Of a DNA stretch of 64,000 nt, positions 1 to 12,400 are shown piece by piece; positions within the stretch are counted from its first letter, which is position 1; each line of letters starts with the position of its first letter. A program made the translations under genes and the position numbers. The notes beneath the pieces were generated by a model. It was not told the origin of the DNA. It did not search any database and worked only from the letters and a program-made list of their open reading frames with translations. Source of the DNA: Paragordius varius (taxonomy: Eukaryota > Animalia > Nematomorpha); NCBI GenBank assembly GCA_964247055.1, contig OZ176054.1:8432001-8496000 (forward strand), given 5' to 3'.

Positions 1-328
1 ATATTAATAAGTAAATAATTTAATATATTTTTGTAAAGAAAAAGATATTTTTGATCCTTATTTTTTTTAAAATAGTTACAATAGCAAAATATATAATTAA
101 GTGTAATATTAACATATTTATCCCTTATTTCGCCACCCAAACGACAAAGTATGTTAAAAAATAAGTTCCCGTCTAAAAAATATTTGTTCAACCTTTTGCC
201 AATAAAATTTTGATTTTACTGTAATTCATACATTGTTAAAGAGTACAAACTGAAATATGGGTTATGGATTGTTGGTTTTCAAACCTTATTTAAACAAATA
301 AATTTTACAAATAGAGTAAAATAATTAC

Positions 329-1548
329 CGGATTTTTGAATTGGCTATTAACGAATTTGATTGTGTCTAAAGTTGATTCGAGTTTGGATGCCATTGAATT
401 GACATTTAAATCACGCTCACCAATCAGACCAGCTATCTAAATATACATTATGACTTATGAGAAGAGATATTGCAATTTTTGTTTAAATTGTATCCAATTT
501 TTAACGTTTTAAGTATAAATGCCAATATGTATTTGCTATTTAATTATTTACATAATAATAAAATACTTATCAATAAAATATTGAATTTAATTTAACTTAA
601 CCAAACTGTTAAAAACTAATTTACTTATTCCGGTTATAAAAAAATCGATGAAAGAAATTTTCTAAAACCTGAATGTCTTGCATATATTAAAACTAAGAAC
701 CATTTACTAAAAATAATCGTTGCAATCCTTTAATAATCTTGGTTTTTATGAACTAAATTGGGACCTGATATGTTCATTAAAAATTTTATATTTTTAAAAA
801 CTCGTCCTACATTCGGATTATATAACAAAAATGTATACATAAAATTTTGGCAAAAGAAAATTTTTTTTCATCGCAATACATTTAGCGAAAATATATTTGA
901 TAAAAAAATAAGGGGAATTAGGAATAGATTACCTGAGACACAAAACCCCCAAGACTAGATTTGAGTTGCAATAATTTACCCAACCCTTTTTCAATCACGG
1001 TTGGAAAGAAAAGAAGTCTGAGCGTATGACCAGTAGGTGCTGTGTCAAAAACAACGACAGAAAAATCCATACCCTTTACTAATCTGAATATTAAATTGAA
1101 AAAAAAACTTCATAACTTCTGCATAACTCATGGCTTCGTCTATACCAGGAAAAGCTCCTACTAATTCCTTAATTACAGATTTTCCCATAGACCAACTATC
1201 TAAGATTTAGTTAATATTAAACCATTGTCGGAGAAGTAATCATCAGGCAATTCGTTAATTCCTAAGTTCGGATCTATTTCCTGAATTTTACAAGACTAAT
1301 ACCATAGCAAATAAATTATCAAATCCATTGACCTTTGTTGGAACTTTAGAAAATTTTTGATCAAAGGCATCTGATATATTATGGGCAGGATCGGTAGATA
1401 TAATCAAAACATTTTCTCTAACTTTAGCTAGTTGAACAGCTAAACTGCAACTACAAGTAGTTTTGCCAACACCACCCTTTCCACCCACAAAAATCCACCT
1501 TAATGATTTTTGCTCAATAATATTTTTGCAGGTCGTCAGATCTCCCAT
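329..1548 (-). CDS. ASNA1: ATPase ASNA1/GET3 (TRC40, ArsA family), 5' five exons; gene continues beyond the left edge
   Basis: Exons 1303-1548, 1223-1280, 1109-1199, 933-1083 and 329-436 join in phase through GT-AG introns of 22, 23, 25 and 496 nt. Product has [14 protein letters not shown] (P-loop), [38 protein letters not shown] and ends ...SQFKNP, colinear with metazoan ASNA1. Confidence 0.96.
1084..1302 (-). other. Three micro-introns in ASNA1: 1281-1302 (22 nt), 1200-1222 (23 nt), 1084-1108 (25 nt)
   Basis: Each is GT...AG. Removing each restores the conserved reading FAM|EIDP, DN|DSW and VMK|LVKG; retaining any of them shifts frame or introduces a stop. Confidence 0.93.
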
Positions 1549-2476
1549 TCAAAAGTATATCATATGGTTTAACATTTAAGGCGTTGATATTTAGTTTCAC
1601 GATATCAGTGGCATATTAGTGTTTAAAAGATTATCCTGTAAAAACTCTTAAAAATTATTTTTATTATTATCTAGTTTAAAATTTTACCAACTAAAAAATT
1701 TAGTCAAAAGTGATTATCGTCACAGAGTTATTATGAAATATTTGTCGCTCGACCAGAAAGTAAAAAATATATTTTCAAAGAATGTTATCATAATAATAGT
1801 TATTTCTAGAAAATAAAATCTTTGTTATTCAGATAAGGCGCTAAAAGATGGTTCGCAATATTTTCTACATCATACGAAAGGTAGAGTCTAAATTAGCTGA
1901 TTCTAATTGACTTTGTAAGGTATTATATTTGAAAGTACTAACGTTATAGCTGTGTATTTTTGGTTGGGGTTCAACTGTAATAACTTTTTTTTGATACGTC
2001 ATCTCTGACTTTATGGATATCGTGTCTGTTGACTTCTGTTTATTTTTATCTTTTACCGCTTTTAAATATTTCAATGTCGTATTGTTTCGTTCCTTTATTG
2101 TATCCCTTCTTGTTTTTACTATTGTCCTCGTTTTCTCTATTCTTAATACAAAATCATTTAAATACCTTCTCCAAAGAATACCATATATACACCAAAGTAA
2201 AGTTATTTTCTTTTCGACAACGTTTGTTTACAAAATTAATCAAAATGAGCTGTTGATAACTAATTTTATTCGTTACCCAAACATTATACGATAATAGCCC
2301 TCCTTTCAAAGGCCACAAGAAATTTCTTCTTTTTTTTGGTGAATCTACCTCTTAAACTATGGTGACCAGATTTTTTGAAGGAAAAAGCGGGACAAATCTG
2401 AGAAAGGGGGGGCATGGGGGAACGAAAAAATTTTATACGAAAAATTAGTGTAATATTTATTTATTTTCAACACAAA

Positions 2477-3070
2477 TATATATTTATAAAAATGGAAAGT
2501 GGTGACTTGATCTGTTTCCGACCGGTAGACCCACTCAAATCCAAATGTCAAAAATATATAATTATTTGAATGCCCCAACAATAGCTTCGCCCATTTTTGA
2601 ATTAGGTCCCCAGTTTGGGCCCACCCGGCGTAAAAAACGTATTTTTTTGAAAACACAAGTCCACAAAAATCGTGTCTTCGAGACATTTTTCCGGAAAACG
2701 TGTTGGACCATTCGATTTCAAATATGATTTTTTTACCTATTTTCGATTGAGCCAGGCAAAAAATTTAACTTAGTGCTTTTTCCATATCAGCCTATGGGTA
2801 TAGGTCTACCGGTTTAAAACTGATGTCATAAAAAATTGGCGTGCCTTTGGAGCTAATTTTCAAAAAACTTAAGAACCCATACGAGTTTAATAAAGGCTTT
2901 AATATTACCCATAAAAACTAATTATAAGCTGTTTTTTCCGTTAGCCGTCAATTTGGGGCCTTTACACCAGTAAACAATATATTAGTGTGAATGCACCCTT
3001 TTGAAAATCCTATAATAATAAGATCATAGCTAATAAATAATGTTCGAAATAATCCACATATATGGATCCT
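2477..3070 (+). mobile_element. Partial copy of the local non-autonomous Helitron family nested in the hAT element
   Basis: Starts TATATATTTATAAAAATGGAAA and is colinear with the 5' parts of the copies at 19541 and 49781. No 3' hairpin/CTAG is visible. Confidence 0.72.
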
Positions 3071-3071
3071 T

Positions 3072-4125
3072 TTATTGATCCCTTTTTCTCCCAAAAAACT
3101 TTTCCAAAGTTGTAGGACATTTGTCCTGTAATAAAAAATAGGATTTTAAAGGATCATACATTTTTAAAATTCTTTCGATAGCTGGCAGAAGAGCTAACCA
3201 ACGAAAGTATTTTTTGATTTTGAACTTGAACTTTCGCATTTTCACAGAATTCCTTAAGCGTTTCAACGCGTACCGTGTATAAAAAATAGGAATATATTTT
3301 AACAACTACATTTTAGACATATAGGTGCAACAAATTAGCAGCTGTTTGAATAGCTTTGTGTATTATATGCGCTGCACACCACGCCAATAATGTTTTGATG
3401 AGGATTATCGCTAATTTATGAAAAATATTTTTTGTCACCCTCCTTGCTTTTCCACCGAAGTTCGTATTAGCGTTGTCAGCGCAATATGCGATGATTTTGT
3501 CTTTTAAATTATTTTTTTCTATGAAGTAAAAATTTGTCGGAATTTTCACCGGCTAGAGAAATAAAATCTAAAATTTTAATTTTTATTCCGGTTTCTGGAT
3601 CAAAATATCTTATTAAAATGGGAATAATTTTGTTTCTTTGTGATTTGATGCATCAGAGTATAGAGATATGAAATTAATTTTCAGAAAATATTTTTGTATT
3701 TCAGAAAATGCATGTGGCGAAAAGACATTGCATACAATGGCTTCAGCCTTTGTACGGGTACATGTAAATTTTTTATTGAATAAGGTACGAATAACCTGTG
3801 AGGTACAATCCATAGATCTAAAGGAATGTTTGTGATTAACGGCGTGAAAGATAAAACGCCTTCGGCTAGTGCCAATCTCTTTTATTCCTCTAGCGGTTTT
3901 TCGATAAAAATCGCTCATTTTGTAAGATGATGCCGCCATATCTAAACATTTTTTTTATTTCTGTGTTTCCATATGTTTTGTAATATCACGCTTGTCGCCA
4001 TGTGCTAGGGTGAATTCCCCCTCGCATAAAGAACATTTAACAAACGATTCATTTTTTGTTTTTTTGATAAAATGAACTTCTTTCATTAATTCATTCTTAT
4101 ATTTACAACCTATTTTGTACTCATA
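3072..4125 (-). pseudogene. Frameshifted, 3'-truncated hAT transposase
   Basis: Fragments in several frames: zinc finger CSLCEGEFTLAHGDKRDITKH, HSFRSMDCTS, SDASNHK (catalytic D), CADNANTNFGG, CAAHIIH, RWLALLPAIERIL. Confidence 0.87.
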
Positions 4126-5106
4126 TTTTTAAACTAATATTAGTATAATGAAAATATTATAATACCATAATTTTCTGGACTAAACGTATAAGCTACCGAT
4201 TTGTGGTATTAATTTGTCTTTTTGATATTGTTGGTAGTAGGAGTAGGAAGCAAAGTGTATAATCATATGATACAAATTCGAAAAAAATAAATATCTTTAA
4301 TTTAAAAATAAACAATAATTTAAAATTGATATAGATTTTAAAGGTCACTAATGATGAAACATTTAAAGGATAAAAAAATAAATTTTTCAAATTTATTTAA
4401 TAAAAATTTTTTTTATGTAATTGTGAAAAAGCGGGACATTTCAAAAATGTAGCGGGACGCGGGACAAAGTGTGAAAAAGCGGGACGTCTGGTCACCCTAT
4501 CTTACACCCATATGTAGTTCAGAAAACGAAACGATGCAATAATTATTTTGCGGTACTCCTACTCTTTTTTCTTATATCTTTATTAGAGAGCATCCAATCC
4601 TATTTTCTAGAAAGCGATTTAATTTAGCTTAAAACGCTCACAAATTGTTTGTTTGCAGTTCAATGCATTTTCAGTCATTTTCCTTGATTATATTGTAATA
4701 CTTATTTATGATTTGTTTTTCGGCTTATCAAAAATTTAATTTATGTTCTAATATACCTTTTATTGAATAATCTAAAAATATATTAATTGGTCAAACATGG
4801 TATGCTAAGAAACGATCGCCATCTGAGCAAATATATTATTGAAGATTTCACTAGAACTTATTTTTCTTCCATCTAAGAGGTGAAAACTAAGAGTAGCTTA
4901 AATTTAAGTATTAAACGATAAAACTATGATTTAAATTACACAATACAAAACTTATACCATAATTCTGAATATAGTATATAAAAATTATTTTATTAAAAAT
5001 TTGCATTATAAATAAATATTATTTTCCATATATGACAGTAAAATAAATATTAAGCTATAAAATTAAGCTCGAAAAAATCCGTAAATATGGAGATATGTAA
5101 TAATTA

Positions 5107-6378
5107 TTATGGTTGTGACAGAGTATATGACGAATCAGACGAAAGAGAACTTGTATCTTCTAAGTAGGCATCAGCGCTAATTGAATCACCTAAATAATAT
5201 TAAAATACAGTAAAAATTTAAATTATACAGGAAAAACATATATTTTTGCAACCATGTTTTATTAAACTTGATTCCTTTTGGTTGAAAATGAAGAATAGAG
5301 ATGTAAATTGTTCACACACTCAAAACTTCCAAATTATAATTATATTTTTATGGAGAAAAATCAATGTTAAAAAGCATGGTTGGTTGTCTGTTTTAAAAAA
5401 TATTTGTCTTTTAGTAACGTTTTTCTCTAAACAATCCTAAATAATATTTTTTATAAAACATATAACAAAGAAATGATCAAAAAGTAAAATAGATTAAAAT
5501 TTTACCGGACGCATGATTACGTCGGAATATACGTTTACCGAAATCAAGCGATGAGTATTTTTTATACAAAGATTTTGGGACGAGCAATGAAAATTTATCG
5601 CTATTTTCATTGACTGTATGATGAGAGTTTAGATAAGTTAAAGTTTTATTTTGCGTGCCAAACGACGGATTAAAACTTTCTAAGGCATATTTACTAGTTT
5701 TGTATGTTTGTTTAGGCCTTTTTTTAGTAATGGATGATAATACTGAATAACTACACATGGGGTAAGTTAACGAATTATATCGTTTCATTTCATAATTATT
5801 GATCTTAAAAGGTATTTTTCCCTTTCTAATATTGTTGGATAAAGTGGATGATTTTTTGAAATTATTTGAAACTGTGCTGTCTAATAATATATTATCTTTT
5901 GACTTTGATGGACTTGATGTCATTTGAGGTACCATATTAATTTTACATGCTATTACCTTTGGACTATTATATAATAAAATTATGAGGTATGGATTCATAT
6001 ATATATAATGAAGAGATAAAAAAAAGTTAAGACTTACTTCAAAAAAAGGTTATCGTAATCATTCCAAAATCAGCATATATTGAGTCGAAATTTTAAAAAT
6101 TAATTTTTTTGACAAATAATATAATTTAGCGTTTTTACAAATTTATTTTTTATTTATAGGAATACTATTTTTTCGGCTTAGCAATATTTTATTTTTTTAT
6201 AAAAAATATTTATAAACTTAAACCTTACTGTTTTGTATTTGATTAAAAGGTGTATTTTAGAAATAAAATCATTCAAAAATATATAACTTTTCAATATAAT
6301 TAAGGCAAAAATTAGGATACTTAAGTTAAAAATTTCTTAAAAAGTTAATTTAGTGTTTTAACTGGTTGAACAATTTTT

Positions 6379-6428
<50 letters not shown>

Positions 6429-9400
6429 AAACGATCATAAAATCTTAAATGCTCCATCCCTTACACTATTTCGTTAAACTATACTATATTATATAATTCG
6501 ATATTTTGTTCATGAATAAATTTTACGTAATTATCATAAAACTACGTAAAATAAAAGGTATATTTCCTTTAAACAAGATATAAAGATTTATAAATTCTAA
6601 AAAATCAACTCTTTTCAAAAAATAAAGGTTAAAACAAAACATTTTTGGTCAAAAAATTACATTCATTACCTTTTATGTTCAACACTGTGTTGTTGAGACA
6701 TTTCACAATCTATTCCAGTAATACCAGAACTGGTAGGGGCTTCATCATAATCATAATGATTAAAATTATCGGCCGTGTCATAATATATTTCTGGTGAAGT
6801 ATTGCGCATAGTAACTGCCTTTGAATGTTGCTAAACCAAAAATAAATTTTTACATTAAAACAATTCAAATAATTATTATATTACTATAAAGGTCTTATTG
6901 AAACCAAAAATCAACCATATATACAAAATGTGGTAAAAAAACCAATTTTACGGGCATCGGTTCGTTATTTTTTGAGTTTCCACTACCTCCCTTTCTAAAA
7001 AAGTTGGCCTCATCATCTGCTGTTGCATTTTTCATCAAATTTGTTTTCATTACATTTTTATTATTGTCGGTGTAATCGATTTTCTCAGTTTTATCAATTT
7101 TGTCAATCGAATTTTTTGTTGGGGCAACACGCATAGGTAAAGGACCATTCAAAGCTATAATGAGTGGTACCGTTTCAAAGCCCGGAGGCATTATATTATC
7201 ATCACCTTCATCATCTATTTCATTATTATTATGTTGATTCCGTTGATTATAAGTTGGTTTGTTTGAAAGTTTAACGGCAGTTTTTGACGTTTCCTTCGCC
7301 ATTGTTGCATTTGAATTTGCATTAGTAGACGTCTTGTTTGAATCGAGATTATTGTTAATAACTTTGTTTTCATTAACATTTGGTTCAATAATATCGTTTC
7401 CAGTCTAATGCATTGTAATAATATTATTTAATAAATATTCCACAAAGCGTAATAAATCTTATACTATGCAATATTTAAAACATGAATTCTCAATTACTAC
7501 TGGTATACATTCTCAAACGCAAAAATAAATCAAAAATTATTATTTTAAGAGAGAATATCATTTAAAAATATATTATTTATAACATTCGAGATAGAAAACT
7601 AAACCATACCTTTGTATCGCTCAAGCCTGTATGCAATGTGATATTCGTTTTGCATTTATTTTGTGCAGGGCTATTATTAATGTAACAAATAAAAATATAA
7701 TGATATAATATATTCTCCACTTCGAAAATTACACAAAAGTTGTGTTATCATTTAAAAGGAATTAATTTATTTTTAACATCAATAAATTATTATATATAAT
7801 ACATTGAATATAATTCAGATTCCTCATCTATCGTGCAATATAGGGGTTGTTGGTAAGGTGTATCGTCAATCGGTATATTGGGTTCCTTTGAATTTAAAAC
7901 TTTCAATTCAAGAGCACCGTCAGAACTTTGTGTTGATATCATCCCTGAAAAAATGGTAAAACAAAAAAATTAAATGATCAATTATATCTATGTTTAATCA
8001 AATCCTAAACGTAATACCATCGTTTGCCCGATTATTATGTGTTTGAGTAGCTTTTTTGTCCTCTAGCATTATTTCCTTATTTATTTTTGCATTTGTTTTT
8101 TGACTACTAATTTTCTTGGGGGCAGACTTTTTGCGAAGGGTATTATTGGAATTTGGTTGACCATCTATTCTATTCTGATGATGGTTGAGCGACCGATAAA
8201 AATTTGATCGTAGCTGATGAGGCCTTTTTAATCCATAATAGTAATAATAGTTATGATTCATGGTTACTTTACGCATAACTTCAAACCTGAGCAAAATTTT
8301 GAAGGGAATTCGACAAATGGGACATGAACCATCTTGATACCTATGCATCAAAATAAAATTGTAAAGACACAACATAACTGGTAAAAGATTTTGATTTTTT
8401 TATAAAACCATATATTTCTAATATGATGTACCGTTTTGGGTTCCAAAATAAGGAATAATGATGTAAATTGATAATACATTCATTTTTATGTAATTGTAAC
8501 TGTAAAGATTTTATAGGAAAAACAGGGATCGAAAAATGGGTTAATTTTATTAAAAATATATGTTTTGCTTTTAAAATTTTATGTTTTACTTAAATTATGT
8601 ATTTGCATAATAAAAAAAGTAATGACCATATCCAATTTAATTCTTAGTTAAGCTCTTAAATAACCTATTATAAACATTGAGCCAATTCTTATTATTATTA
8701 TTGATGAATTAACGAAATTAATAATCAAATCAAACTTTACTACTCAATCTCAAAAATTATAAATAATTACAATTTTTTTAACATTTTAATAATTAGATAA
8801 AATGTCATTGCAATATATATATATACCTTAAAACTGTGGCACAACCGTAACAAAGACACAAATGCCGACACGGTAATAAAACGGTGTCTCTCAATCGCGA
8901 CAAACATACAACACATTCCGATTGCGCTAATATGAAATCTATTTCATCTTCTTCGTTTAAACCTGTATTGATATTATAATAAATAATATAAATGGTATAA
9001 TCCATTTTTGAAACTTGAAAGATTAGCTATTTATCAGTCTCTTTAAACATGGATCCGAAAAATTGAAATTTTCTTTTTTTCTTTTATTTTCAAAAAATAC
9101 GATTATATTTTTTTGTACACTCTTTGAACCATAAACCAATAAAGTATAAAATTAATATATTATAACTTAATATATACCATTTACACTTCAAGAGTGTCCT
9201 TGAACAATTCAAGTTGGTCCTTGAACAATTCAAGTTGGTCCTTGAACAGTTCAAGTTGGTCCTTGAACAATTCAAGTTGGTCCTTGAACAATTCAAGTTG
9301 GTCCTTAAACAATTCAAGTTGGTCCTTGAACAATTCAAGTTGGTCCTTAAAATTTATAAATTTTGATTTAACCATAATTTTTGCATTTATTTATTTATTT

Positions 9401-12400
9401 TATTATTTATTTACCTAATTTTATTTATTTATTATATATTTATTCTTTTAAAAATAAAATTTTTTATTGAAAAACCACTTTTTTTGTTTCAAACTATTTT
9501 TTTTCAATTCAACTAAATTATTGACTTTTAAATGTTTTTAATGGAAAATTTTAATTTATAACCCAGAAAACTTATATATTTTTTCATTTCGTGTTAAAAT
9601 CTTATAAATATCTAAATTTATTTTAAGAAATCAATAAAGATATACGGTTTTTCAAAGATTAAAAGTTGATATCGATTTAAAATTTATGTTAAATAATAGA
9701 AAATAGGTTAAAAACAATAAAATAGACGAATTATTTTCGATTTGATTGATAAAAGTTAAAAACAAAGCAAAAAAGTTAAAGGACCAACTTGAATTGTTCA
9801 AGGACCAACTTGAATTGTTCAAGGACCAACTTGAACTGTTCAAGGACCAACTTGAATTGTTCAAGGACCAACTTGAATTGTTCAAGGACACTCTTGAAGT
9901 GTAAATGGTATATATTTATATATTTGAGAATAATTAAAAAATAATTCAAAGTAGAAACAGGACAAAAATATATAATGTTCAAAACCGACATTTAAATTAA
10001 AACCGTTTTTTGATAAAAATTTAAACCAAATTCAAATCAAAAAAATTAGATTTCCTGTTCCGATCCCTGATATATCTCTTATTGGACATTAAATATATAT
10101 ATATAATTATTAAAAAAACATTATTGTTTTCAAAAACGCTAATTATTCCATAAATGTGAAAATATCGATCGATATAAAAAAGGTATTATAAAAGGTTATC
10201 AAAAGATATGTAAGGATACCTTCGTAAGGTGCAAAATATTTACGAGATATGGCATCATCTTCATTATTTGGAGAATTGTATTTATTCTCTGACGCTTTGT
10301 TTAATGCATTTGCTTTATGACAAGGATTTTGTTTCAATACATGATTAATCCTAAAAAGCAACCGGATATTTAGTAAACTAAGATTAAAAGGTATAATTTA
10401 TATAAAATTATGATTGAAAATTATATATAAATGATTGTTTATATTTGATTGGATAAAATTGATAATGAAAACTTTGGAGTGATAAAAAAATTGTTTTGTA
10501 AAATAATATCAGGGAAAAAGATAAAATATCGTATCTACTTAATGGTTTTTCAATATACTATTTTAAAATTATAAATACAAAAAGTTAGCATTTATTTCAG
10601 TTCTATGGATTATATATATTAAAACAGGGGGTGTCCAACATAAATAGCTTCGCAAGCCGCATTTTTAAAAAAATAATCCGATAGATCTCTTTTCCAATGT
10701 AATATATATTTAATGGCTAAAAAAATAATTTAACCCTTCATCAATCAATCAATAGTGTTTGATTAAAATATGTTCACTTAAAAAATCTTTTTAAGGGAAA
10801 ATAAATTTTAGTTTTTAATTTTACCAAAATTTGTAATTGAATTATTTTTGCAAATTATAAAAGTTTTAATTTGGTAATTTTTGAAAAATATAATTTCACG
10901 CGTGCAACACATAAGGTTGCGGAAGGGCCGAGTGTTGGAGACCACTGAATTAAAAAAATATTCTAATTTCATAAAATTTTCCGTTTTTGGAATAAGTGTA
11001 ATAATAGGAGTAATGAAAAATATAATTTAAAACTTACGGTTGTAATTCAGAAGGATTGGTATAGTTATTGTTTTCATTGTAATAATCGCTATTATTGTGT
11101 AAGATGACATCGTCAAACATATCAATACATTGATAATCAAGGTTAACGCCATTAGACTCCAAACTAGGTTTTAACGTAAATATACCATTTACAATTCAAA
11201 TTCACCCTCGAACAATTCAAATTCACCTTGGAACAATTCAAATTAACCCTAAATATAAATTATGTATTTTGGGGCTTATTTAACTCATTAATAATATAAA
11301 ATATATTTAATATTTATTATTTTTTCAATGCTATTTTAATTTTAAACAAAATTCATTTATATATAAAAAAACATAAGTATAATTTTAAATCTTAAAAAAC
11401 ACTTAATTTATTTTAGGGTGATTTTGAACTGTTTAAGAAAGAATTCGAACCGTAAATGGTTTATACTCTACCCAAAATAATTTTCAGCCAATAAATATTT
11501 ATTAACAAATTATATTACTTTTTCGGAGTGTGATGTAAAAATTTTGCTGGTGAAATCGTATTTGAAAATATCTTTTTTGAATTGGTTGAGCTAGAAACCG
11601 GGATTTCAGGTAAGGGTGAATTGGGTCTTGATGGAATCGACAAATTTTTATCATTTTTGTTTCCACAAATACTTACATTTTCTGTTTGAGAAGTAACAGG
11701 TGTTGTATGATTGCTGATAGTTGTTGAGTTTTCTGAAATTTTTGGCAGGACATTTTCACTTTTCTACATGCCATCAGAGAAAGAATTTAAAATTTATCAT
11801 CAAAAAGAATCATATTACTTGTTATGTAAACACTTCATAGCCTTTGGACAAGTTGGCGACTACTGAGCCATACCAAATTTATTTTAAAAAATTTGGGATA
11901 TTGGACAAAATTCAAAATAGATTATGTGACATTTGAGCGTATTCTTTTTTTTAAACAAAAAAAATTGTTTAAATAAACTATATTATGATAAAAAAAGTTA
12001 ATTAAAATTTTATGAATTAAATCATAATTAGGGGCAAATTTTCAATCATATTAGTAATTTTCAAAACAATCTAATGTTAAACAGCCAAAGTTCCAATAAT
12101 GTATAAAAAAACCAGAACAAATTTTTTTAAATATAATATGTATACTGATAAAATATTACCAAATAAATATAACTTTTTATTTATAACATATTTAGTTGGT
12201 GTAAAACACCTCAAGCTATAAATATAAATATTGTTCTCACCATATCAAGCTTCCGGATTGCATGCAAAACAACTGGTGATACATTCTTTTTATCACTTGT
12301 TGCGACTACGTTAAACGTTTGTGAACGGAAAACACCTTTGATAAAAAATTTGTAAATGTAAAAACCAAATGTTAGATATGTGTTTTATATAAAATAGTTT

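Larger units (their letters stand above)
2358..4499 (-). mobile_element. Defective hAT-superfamily DNA transposon with TAGGGTGACCAGA-type TIRs
   Basis: TIRs TATGGTGACCAGA (2358) and TCTGGTCACCCTA (ends 4499). Flanks TCTTAAAC and TCTTACAC form an 8-bp TSD matching at 7/8. Repeated subterminal GCGGGAC motifs; frameshifted transposase inside. Confidence 0.88.

Noticed and set aside
1288-1548. Bacterial ArsA arsenite-pump ATPase or horizontal transfer
   Set aside because: It has spliceosomal introns and close colinearity with metazoan ASNA1/GET3, with no ars operon context.
1520-1560. Possible one-base homopolymer error near the ASNA1 start (CTGCAAAAAT could read LQNII)
   Set aside because: The existing frame has an ATG and gives a plausible N-terminus ([13 protein letters not shown]), and the alternative frame has no upstream ATG before a stop.
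9090-9991. ORFs with repeating peptides (MNCSRTNL.., KDQLELF.., SLNNSSW.., LEQFKLV..) and a possible CRISPR-like array
   Set aside because: These are translations of a 21-bp (3n) tandem unit in the arms of a MITE. The units are contiguous with no unique spacers and no cas genes, so this is neither a gene nor a CRISPR array.
8523-10069. CAGGGATCG...CGATCCCTG pair that could be TIRs enclosing the MGRN1 RING exon (exon capture)
   Set aside because: The flanks AGGAAAAA and ATATATCT do not form a TSD, and the RING exon is an ancestral part of MGRN1. More likely unrelated MITE remnants.
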